In this document: positions 53,279-64,000 of the stretch, in pieces | Layout of the letters: the number at the start of each line of letters is the position of its first letter | How positions within the stretch are numbered: the stretch's first letter is position 1 | Source of the DNA: the human T2T-CHM13v2.0 reference genome, Homo sapiens | DNA: 64,000 nt | Assembly: GCF_009914755.1 (NCBI RefSeq) | Contig: NC_060925.1 | Reading direction: 5' to 3' (one strand) | Translations under genes and position numbers: made by a program | Notes under the pieces: model-generated | Seen by the model: only the letters and a program-made list of their open reading frames with translations | Databases searched by the model: none | Told to the model about the DNA's origin: nothing

Positions 53279-55715
53279 ACAAACACACTCGTGCACACAC
53301 ACAGGCACACCCACACATTTTGGCTGGCGTGCTTCCTGCTAGGCCCTGGGGAAGGAAGGACTGGGTAGCGGCTGAGGGTAATAAGAGCAGGGAGCAGCTA
53401 CTGCGTGATGCGGTGGTTTCCAGTGCTAAAACAGCGATTGCAAATTTGAGGGAAAGAAGGACGTCTCTCAATCTGTTTTGGGTTTTGAATTTGTTTCTGC
53501 ATCTGTAAGGCATTACAATCGACTCATTTTCTCCTTGGAAAACCCCTATCCTTCTTCCTAGCTGAGGTCCCCACTTCCAGTGGGCAGGGCTGACAGAGCT
53601 GGCTTTCAGAAGATGGGGGAGACGCAGTTATTCAGTAAAGCACCCAGAAACAGTACTTACATTGGAATCCAGTACATGGAATGCAGGGCTTAGATGAAGC
53701 AGCCTGGATTTAAAGGAGGATCTGAATGTGGAGGAAGTTTAAGCACTAGACTTAGATAACCTATTCTTGTTTTGTTCATGCTTGGTCAGGTGTTTTGCAG
53801 AATGACTTGATCTCTGGCCTCAGGTTCCTCATGTATAAGTGAAGGGTTGGACGCATCAGTGGTGACTGAGCTTTCTAGGGTCTCTATTCTGGGTCAGCCA
53901 CATTTAGAGGTGGGAAGAGCATCACCTCATTAATGTCATTCTGCTTTTCCTCACGTGGTAAAGGCCCACTGAGTATGACAGAGTTCAAACTCCTTAGTGT
54001 GACATTCAGGGGCCCTCATCACCTGGCCCCAGTGTCTTTCCCGAGCCTGTGTGACCACTTTCTCCACTACCTTAAACTCTAGCAAAACCAAACTCTTGCG
54101 CTATCCCTCTAGTGGAAACATACTTTCACCCTTGACTACTTGGAAAACTTCTATTCATCCTGTAACACTTAGCTTAAACACTTCCTCTTTGACATCCTCA
54201 GGTGTGCTAATGACTCTGGCCTCTGGGGGCCACTCGGCTGGGATATGCCTGTTTTGTGCTTACCCCCTGTATAACACTTGCTGAAGTAGATGCTGCCTTT
54301 TCTACTCAAATGCAAGCTCCTCCATTTCATTTTGTACATCTATTCCATTTTTCTATATTCTCAGAAGGAAGCAACAGTTTAATAAATGTTTGCAGCATGA
54401 GTGAAGGGAAAAAAGGAAACTCTTGAGTGGTGGCATTTGTAACGAGTTGTTACTAAATGCTCTCCTCAGCCTTTTATTGAGCATTTACTATCTCATTTAA
54501 TCCTCATCTTCATTTTATGAGACAGGTTTTTTTCTCCATTTCATAGCTATCAAAACTAATACATAAAGAAATTAGTTATTTTTTCTGACATCTACAGTGG
54601 CTTCCAATGGGAAAAACTAGGATTCAAATCCAGATCTATCTGATTTCAGCCTACAAATGCCTTTAACAATTACAAGTTGATTTACTTTTCCGTGGCCCCT
54701 ATAAATTGCCAGAGAAGCCAGATATTCTATACCATTACAGGTTTTGGACCTGAGTGACCAGAGCCATTCCAAGAAAAAAAAAAAAATATGATGCTAGCCC
54801 AATAGCTTAGGTCCTGAGACTGAAGGATTCAAGGCTGCTTCAGAGCCCAACTGGCCAGAGCTAGACTAAGGCAGAGGTCATCTCCCCGTGTCCCCTACCG
54901 TATGTCTATCCCCACTAACATTGGTTTCCATTTGAGGTTGCCCTTAATGCTCACTGTAACTAGATTTCACCTGGATAAAAATCGGGACTGGGGAAGGAGG
55001 AGGAGGAACTAGAAAGATACACTGTAACTTGCCCCAGGTGCTGCCAATCCCTAAGGATGGTGTAAATAATGTAATCTTATATAGATACTAGTTGTTACAA
55101 AATTCATTTTTGCAAATAGAAAATGGTATTTTCTCACTGGTTCAATGAGAAGGGAAATTAAAATATACTATTTAGATACTCAGGATTCTGTAGAAAAGAT
55201 TCGCCAGCACTCTGCAGACAGTGAGGTACCCTCAACAGCATGTATTAATTCATAAATGGGGTTTGAGTTCTCCACCCCTGTGAGCTCCACAATTTCACAT
55301 TCCTGATGAAAACTGCAAGGAAGCTACTAATTTTCACTTCAGAAAATGCTCACTGTGAAAATGTATTGGGAATTTAGCCAGAATGAGTTTCTATGTTAAT
55401 TTCTAGAATGGAGATAGGGAAAGGGAATAAAGAAAAAAACTAAATTAAACTGTTTCAAGACCAAATAGTCACTGGAGTCCTTTTCACTTTCTCATAGGAA
55501 AAAAAAAGTCCCCAGATGTCCCCAGAAGTATCATAAATTTATAAAAAGATTTCAGTTTTATAGAAAGACCTGTGGAGTGAGAGTCAGGGTCAGGAGATTG
55601 AGAGAAGTAGAAGGGCAGCGGGGAGATAAGGATTACACCTACAGTGTTGATTGGATCTTCATTCAGGGTGAACAGCAGCTGGACTTAGGAATCACAGATC
55701 TAAACTATCAGTGAC

Positions 55716-56079
55716 AGTCTTATTTGTTTTCTGTTGCTATAACAGAATACCACAGATAAGGTGATTTACAAAGAAATTTATTTCTTACAGTTCTGGAGGC
55801 TGTGAAGTCTGATGTTAAGAGGCCACATCTGGTGGGGGCTTTCTTGCTGCATGATAACATTGCGGAGAGCATCACACGATGAGAGGGCAAGAACATGTCA
55901 GCTCAGGTCTCTCCTCTTCTTATAAAGCCACCAGAGTCATCACTGGGGACTCCACTTTAATAACTTTATCTAGTCCTAATTACCTCCCAAAGGCACCACT
56001 TCCAAATACTATCAACATATGAATTTGGAGATTAAGTTTCTAACAAAGGAAGTTTGGAGGACGAATTCAAACCATAGCA
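55716..56079 (-). mobile_element. MST-type solo LTR
   Basis: ttctgttgctataacagaataccacag ... ttcaaaccatagca; 5-bp TSD GTGAC. Confidence 0.85.
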
Positions 56080-56096
56080 GTGACCATGTCTTAGAT

Positions 56097-56437
56097 CAGA
56101 GGTAGGCAATGTATGGTTTGCCAACTACATCTGATTCACTGCCTGTTTTTGTACAGCCTATAAACTAAGAATGGCTGCTACAGTTTTAAATGCTTGGGAA
56201 AAAATCAAAAGAAGAATAATATTATATGATACACGAAAATTATATGAAATTCACATTTTGATGTCCACAAATAAAGATTTATTAGAATATGCTCACACCC
56301 ATTTTTTTTTTTTTCAAATGACCTATGCTTTCATGTAACAATGGCAGAGTTGAGTAGTTGCAAGAGTGATTTTATGGCCCATGAAACCTAAAATGCTTGC
56401 TATCTTTCCCGTTACAGAAGAAGTTTGCTGACCTCTG
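56097..56437. mobile_element. MER58-type hAT-Charlie MITE
   Basis: TIRs CAGAGGTAGGCAA ... TTGCTGACCTCTG. Confidence 0.8.
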
Positions 56438-57009
56438 GCCTAACTTATCACCACAATTGGAGACGTAACTTACCCTCACGGACTTTGAGAACAAGGACCA
56501 CACCTTTGTATTCCCAGTACCAAATGCTCTGTGCCTCTCACAGAGGGGTGCTGAATAAATAGGCAAATGAAGAAATTAATGAATAGATTGAAGAAATAAG
56601 TTTTCCATGTGTTTATTATTCTCCTGAAAGACAGAGTTCAGGTTACCAAGACTTTCTCCCCAGATGTAATCCCAAAGGCTTTTTGGAGATCTTCAAGGCT
56701 ACCACTCCCATCTCAGTCCATGAGTGTCAGGACCTTAAAGCATGATGATTTGATGTGATCCAGGGCTACTTTCTTTATCAGCATTATATAAAACCTCAGT
56801 AGGAGGCGAATAAGGTAAGCATTTCCTCAGGACATGCTCCATTGTGCAGAGGTTAAATTTACAAGCGAGTTTCCTAATACCTTACATCCCCCAATGTTAG
56901 CTTGGGTTGCTCAAAACTATCGCATTGAGAGGCTGAAGAATGAAGTGCCAATGTACAAAATTTAACTTCCAACCTTTGATAATAAGGGGTGCACTGCTCT
57001 GAAGTTGTT

Positions 57010-57395
57010 TTCCATTGTCTGAATGTCCCCCAAAATTCATGTGTTGATATTTAATCACCAATGAGATAGTATTAACAGGTGAGTCTTTAGGACATGATTA
57101 AGACCTGAGAGTAAAACCTCATGGATGGGAATAAGGCCCTTATAAAAGGGCTTGAGAGAGTGGGTTCACTGCCTTCTGTCCATTTTAGCTTGTGAGACCC
57201 AGTTTTCCCCCTCTCCAGAGGACACAACAACCCAGTGCCATCTTGGAAGCACAGAGCAGCCCTCACCAGACACCAAACCTTCCTGTACTTTGATCTTGGA
57301 CTCCCAGCCTCTAGAACAGTGAGAAATGAATTTGTATTTTTTATAAATTATCCAGTCTCTAATATTCTGTTATAGCAGCACATGCAGACTAAGAC
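57010..57395 (+). mobile_element. MLT1A/MST-type LTR
   Basis: tctgaatgtcccccaaaattcatgtgttga ... gttatagcagcac...gactaagaca. Confidence 0.8.
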
Positions 57396-60300
57396 AATAA
57401 GCTTAATTCCAGTGATCCACTTAGTGAGGCATGGCATTAGACCTAGGAAAGGCTAAGCAGGCATATTCAATGAATAGAGTGACTAACTCAAATGTGCATC
57501 CCTAATTTAGAGTTCTGAACAACATGGATAGGCAAGCTGTCTCCAGATCTTTCTATCCCTATGTTTCAGTTGCATCAAATCTGCAAACTGATCAGTTGGA
57601 ATAGGGACAGTCAACTGACTTATTTAGTGGCCATGGGAAATCAATGACATTTTCTAAGCCTGTGGTCTCAGAGATGAACAGAACTCCTATCTTCCCTCAA
57701 ATGTGAAGTCTATTGGGTAAAATGACATGCAAAGAATGACAAAGCAAAAAGCCTAATGCTGTGATGCAAATGTGTGTAAGGTGTCTTCTAACTAATGTTC
57801 CTGCCCCCTCACCCCACAACAGGTCCAGCTATGTACCCACTGTCTCTGATGCTAAACATCACTCCACAATTACCACATTATTATTTCTTCCATCCTTGAG
57901 ACCCTGATTATTTCTCACCATTCTGTCCCAGAGATGCTATACGAGGAGAGGGAAGAGACTGGACAAGATGAAAAGAAGAAGAGAGAAACATAAAGATCAT
58001 TGGAGAGAAATAACTACTAAGAGACCTCCAAGGAGAATAAGGGACATTTATTTTTACATTTTTTCCAATAATTATATTTCTGATAAATACATTCCCCACC
58101 CCACCCCAAAATGTTTCTCTAGAGAATTCAGGAAGAACTCACAGAAGAGTCAGGGCTTAAGATGACCCTAAAAAGATACGTAAGAGTTGGCTGGGGAGAT
58201 GGAAGTTGGGGAAAAGAGGCAAGTCTTCCCCAAGCCAAGACTCCCCATCAAAGCCTCTCCAGATGAGGGTGGACTCAACTAGTCTCTGTAGACCCTGCCC
58301 TTGCTTCTGTAATCTGAACATGAATGGAGGCTGTGATTTGGAACTGAGGAAAGGAGAGAAGAAAGAGAAGTGGTAGGCGGAGAAAACTTCATCAAGGAAA
58401 TGGGATTCAAGCAGGGCTTAGGTGTGTCAAGCTGCTGCTTCAAGGTCGCCTCCTCTTCTACTGTGGATTGTCTGTGTCACTCTTGCCCCCTAACCACACA
58501 CTGTGTTGTTGGTGTTCACGTCTACTCTTCTCCAACCCTAGCATAAATTTCTGCTCTTTCCTTCAGTATCAATGAAATTACCATGATTTAGAAAGTATTT
58601 AACAAGTATTTCTTGAACAATGATAGAAAGAGTGTAATCCATGTTTTCCTTGACACTCCAATTGGAGGAGAGGACATGAAAAATGTGACATAAAAAGAGT
58701 AATAAAAGGATATTTCTTTGGCTCTGGTGCCACCCATGTATGAGTGAACTTGAGAGATATTAAGGAGCTCAGCATGTCTGTGATTGTCCACCATTAGCCA
58801 AAAATGCATTCTAAACAACAGGCATTGAATTTTGGGAGAGGAACTTAGTAGAGCCATCACAATGGCCTGATCCAATAGAAGAATAGGTTAGCTTACTTGA
58901 TCCAGTGTTTCTGAAACAGCTACAGATGGCTGACACTACTGTTTGCCATTAGAAATAGACATTATACTTGGCATTCACAGAACTAAGGCTCCACCTGGCC
59001 CAAGATCAGAAAATATCCATTGACCATTTACTAAATATCAGGTACTCATTGAATCTTTGCACCTGTAAGGTAGGTTTTATTTTTATCACTGTTTTACAAA
59101 TGAGGAAGCTGAGGTTCAGATAGATTAAATACCAGCTACTAAGTGGCACAGCTGAGATTCAAATCCCGTTGTCTATGTTTCTAGAACCCGCACTCTTAAA
59201 CACTTTGCTGTATTGCTTCCCACATCCAAGAGGTAAGAAGACATAACCTCACAAAGAGAAGGTAATAAATGCAGGGTCACTGATCTCAAATAAAAGCTGT
59301 TCTCAATTGTGCCAACTGTTCTTCTCCCAACCCTCATCACTCACAGTGACTCAATAATGTGGCTGGTGAAAAACAAAACTGAAGAGCAGGAATTTCATTC
59401 ATTACCACACATCTGTTTTCTGACAGAGTAAATAGTATACTCCATGCCCTCTCACCCTTAAGAGCCACCATCTCCAAAACATTTTTATAGCTTCATTTGG
59501 TTTAAATGACTTTGAGTTGGCTCTTCCATGGAAGCATAGCAGCACTGGTCTTCAAGTATTCCTGCATCATAAACTGCTGGCTGAATTGCCTTATTCTGTT
59601 CCTCTCCACAACCTTTGAATTAAATTGTATAGACAAGAAAATTATGATTCTTAAACTTAGGTTATAAGTAGATTCATGGTCTCGAACAGAAGACTAGGAT
59701 TGTTCATTTGAGAGGTAGATGTTACTCAAGCTCATAGAAAAAACCATGTGACCTATACTACCTTTAAAAAAAGAATAAACATAACTTTATTACTTACGCA
59801 TTCATGTTGTAACTCAGACTTGATTAAGGAAATGCCACCTGATGGGACTTTAAGACATAGATATTGATAGGTAAAGATTCTTTTTGGTAATGACCATATT
59901 AGTTTCATGGAAATAAGCACCCTTAAAGGAGTTCATAGATTTTTCTCATAGGACTTAAATACTCTCCAGACAAGCATGCTTTCACTAGTAAATTGCTTAG
60001 CCAACACTTCCTCCCTAAGGGCACATAGGTTAAAAAAAGTTTTGTTGCTGTTGGAGTGATAACAAATTCAGAACTAATGAGAATTTCTTGTTATGATAAA
60101 AGACAATAACTCAATGGAAGTTGTGGAATAAACATCAAAGAAAATACAAAGAGAAAAACACATTTCTGGAGTGGGAGTTTGGAGAGAGGGATTATTCATT
60201 GGTGAATTGCAGGAAAACCCAAAGCAGTAAAAATAAATTAATAAATAGGCATATTAAAATAGCACAACCATGCTCCTAAGTCTCCGCAGATTCACTTGAA

Positions 60301-61702
60301 AAGAAAAATCTGGGGATTCCTTGATAAATTGACAGTTTGTAATATGATCCCCATAGCTGACCCAAGATCAGAATTGTGGGGTTTCTTCGTTCCTCTGGGC
60401 TACTTTTTCAATAAGTTTTTCTCTCAGTTAAAGGCCACATCAAAATCCACCTTTTGGTTGAGGAGGAAGAATCATGACAACAGGGTTTATTCTCTGCACC
60501 TGTGCAAGTCTGTCACCCTAGGGAGCTTTTATCCCTGAGCTAAACGGTCAGTCAGACAGGACGTGAGAAAAATGCTCTGATGAGCCAAGGTTCTGCAACA
60601 TTGGAATCAGAAGCACAAAATGTTATGGTGCTCATTGTTCCAATGTGTTCCATATTCATACAAAGCAAACAAGGCTATTTCTTAAGCTGTAAGCCAAAGG
60701 GGAAAAAGCAAAGTGGTTAACACTGGAGTGTGCTATGATGTGGAGAAATATTTTGTAAGTAGGGAAAGGAAGTCGAGAGGGGAATATACAACTTTACTCA
60801 CTTAAAAGGCAAATAAATGAAAAAGAAAGAGGCAAAGTCGACAAGGAAGGTGCATAGTTTCATTATGCATAATCACAAGAAGTAGAAAACCCACAAATCT
60901 CATCTAGTTTTCTTGGCATTATACCTTCGCACTTAAGAGTTGAGTAGTTATGCTTGTGATATTGTAAATTCTGAGAATTTTTTTCGGATGTACCAAAAAG
61001 GCCATGTTATGAAAAATGGATTTAAGAAGAAGTAAGAGGTTCCAGTTCCCCTATTTTGTCCATATGCAAACCAGCGATCTAGGTTTGAATTAGAATTCAA
61101 TCACTTTAAAGATGTTATCACTTTGGGTTATAGGGAAGGCTTGTATGTTTCCACCTCTTTGATGTTAGGCATGGATGGCTATGTGACTTGTTCTGGCCAA
61201 TGAAATATGAAAAGTGATGCATGTCACTTCTGGGTAGAATCTTTTAAGAGATCCCGCAGAATTCTTCATCTTTCTTTTATTGGCCCCAGTAACCAGCAAC
61301 ATTCCAGATGCTGGTGCTTTCCTCAGCCTATCCTCCTCACTGAGGATGATGTGGCACAGAGCCACACACAAACCCATGATGGACATGACATGTATGAGAA
61401 ATGAATCTTTGCTGATTAAAACTATTCAGTTCTGGGGGCTGCTGGTTATCACAGCAAAGCTGGCCTGTGGTGATGAATACAGCCATAAATTAGCTATGTG
61501 ATTTTGAGAAAGCTAGTTTCCCAAAGCCTCTATTTTCTAATCAGAAAATGAGGAGGGCCTAGTATATAGCAAGCATTCAAAAATGGTAATTTATCCATCT
61601 TCATGATGATAACTACACTTTATTAGACACCTACACTGTGCCAGTCACTATCTTCCCTGTACATACATCACCTCTCATCCTCACACCAATCTTATAAAGT
61701 AG

Positions 61703-62075
<373 letters not shown>

Positions 62076-64000
62076 TCAGAGAGGTTTACAGATTGATGAA
62101 GGTATCAGCTTGTAGGTGGAAGAATCAGATCCTTCTGATTCAAAGCTCTTGCTTTATTCCCCATGCTACCTCTGTTAAGAGAATGCAGCTAATCTGTCAT
62201 TAAATAAGTGAGAATTTATGATATTAAGACAAACATCATAACATTAAAAAACAAATAAAAAGAAAATAAATTAGAATTTTAAATTATTATATTCTTCAGA
62301 CAAAGCACCTTTATCACTAAATGATTTTGCTTTCATAATTCCAGCTAAAGCCATGCTCAGTCATTCCCAACCTAGGGTGACCAACACCTAAGGGTTTATT
62401 AAGGTAATAATATGGGTTTGCAACCTATTCTCAGGATTTCCACAAGCCTAAAAGAAATGAGAATTACATAGGGCAAGATGGCCCAAGCCAAATAAAAATT
62501 GCTTTTTTCTTTTTTATAATAATTATAGTGGGTCATCTCATTGTGGTACATTTGGCTTTCTCATAGGAAGACATTATTTGTTGTTTTTCCTGCATAAAAG
62601 TAATCTTTATCGAAACACTACATTCATAGCAGTTCAAAAAAATTATACAAGGGCCCATTAGTTATAAAAAGGTTGTTAAACACTACTATATCCCAAATCT
62701 TAAATTTTGGCCAGTACAAGTGTAAATTTTCATTTCTCCATCTCTTTGCAGCTTAGCTCCTAATAACCCAGGTTGTCCCCTGTAGTCCTGAGAGGTACAG
62801 GGAAGTAACATAGCAGGAAACATTGTAGGTGATGACCAAGGGAGGATGGCAAAAAATGTAGTGTTAGTAGAGGAACCAGCCAGAGAGTGAATTCAGGTAA
62901 AAGAAGAGGAAAGCCACTTCTCTTCAGGTCAATTCCATAAAAGGAAGAGCTGACAGGTGAAATGAAAGTGACAGACTCAAAGTTACCTTGTTATTTATGA
63001 GGAACAGAACAGATCACCTAGAATTTGGGGGAGGATGTCTCTCAGAGAAATTGGCAGAAGACTTTGTAGACGATGTGGGTCAAAATGAATCAGACTTTCA
63101 AAATGGAGTGCTGTGGCCATCCTTCCTTCTACCTCCCCTGCTAGAAATCGGCTATTGATTTCCAGACTAACTAATTTAAAGGCTCTTCAGTTGTAACAAA
63201 ACAAAGATAGTGTTTCAAAGACACCCTTTAGTCAGATTTCTGAAGGACAGTTTTGGGCCCTGCCATCAAAGCAAATAAACCCCACTATAGTCATGGTCGC
63301 TGGGGGAGGAGTAATGACAATTTAAAAAGTACTGAACATATGATGTGTGCCAGGCTCTGTGCCCAAATGCTTCAAGTGCCATGTCTCATCTTATGCTTAA
63401 AAGCTATTGTTTCCCCCTTTTTACAAAGAAAGGTTCTGAGAAGCAGGGAATTGAAACTTTCCTGAAGTCACATGCTTATAAGTAGTTCCTCCTCCTTAGC
63501 AACCATTCTCAGTCCCTGTGTCACATTGTCCCATGGAGGGTGGTTGGAGATGAGCAAAATCACAAATTGTGGGTGTCATCAAAGAAGGCAGAAGGGAACT
63601 TGTACTTATCTAGTGCTTCCAATGTGCTAACAACCTACACAAATCATCTCATTTAACTTCCACAATTCCTTGGGGGAGGCATTATTCTCAAGGTACAGAT
63701 GAGGATATTGAAGCTCAGAGAGATCAATGATTGGCCAACAAAGTAAACGAGGTAAGATGCAAACCAAGGCATTGTAAATCCTCACATTCAGGGATGCTGC
63801 TTCCGTAGCAAGTTGCTTCAGATTCATTTTCAAAAAATTATTTGCCCATATAAAGTATCAATATATGTGACCAAATTTCAGTTCATCTGGAAATACCTGG
63901 ATATTTTAGTTGCTTGGAAACTGAATATAAGGCAATTTTGTGACATGGTAACTAAAACTATCAATGTGGTACTGGTTTATGCTCTCAGATATAAAAGTTC

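Overview
Mammalian (human-like, primate repeat content) genomic DNA. It carries the 5' part of ERICH3 (C1orf173, glutamate-rich 3; a ciliary gene) on the minus strand. Eight GT-AG coding exons reconstructed by hand splice into one 1000-nt open frame (333 codons + 1 nt): MSHSHPAGLLAAYNSLMDKHLAGYF...GENLCVYKGKLLEK. The frame continues beyond position 1. A CpG-island promoter with RFX X-box-like motifs lies at about 52.8-53.3 kb, and about 11 kb of upstream sequence follows. The rest is intron, rich in interspersed repeats (Alu, MIR, L1, L2, MaLR LTRs, a MER11 solo LTR, Tigger/MER DNA transposons, microsatellites). Gene identity and repeat family names are recognised from memory, not from a database search. 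No prokaryotic-type system, CRISPR array or RNA gene is supported. The best leads are: a 36-nt in-frame cryptic exon with a possible internal promoter in intron 6; an FSIP2-like N-terminal module and paired RPxTAP motifs in the protein; a 215-codon in-frame open extension upstream of the start codon; a possible unassigned retrocopy in intron 1; a very young AluY; and a MER11 LTR with a 50-bp tandem array near the promoter.
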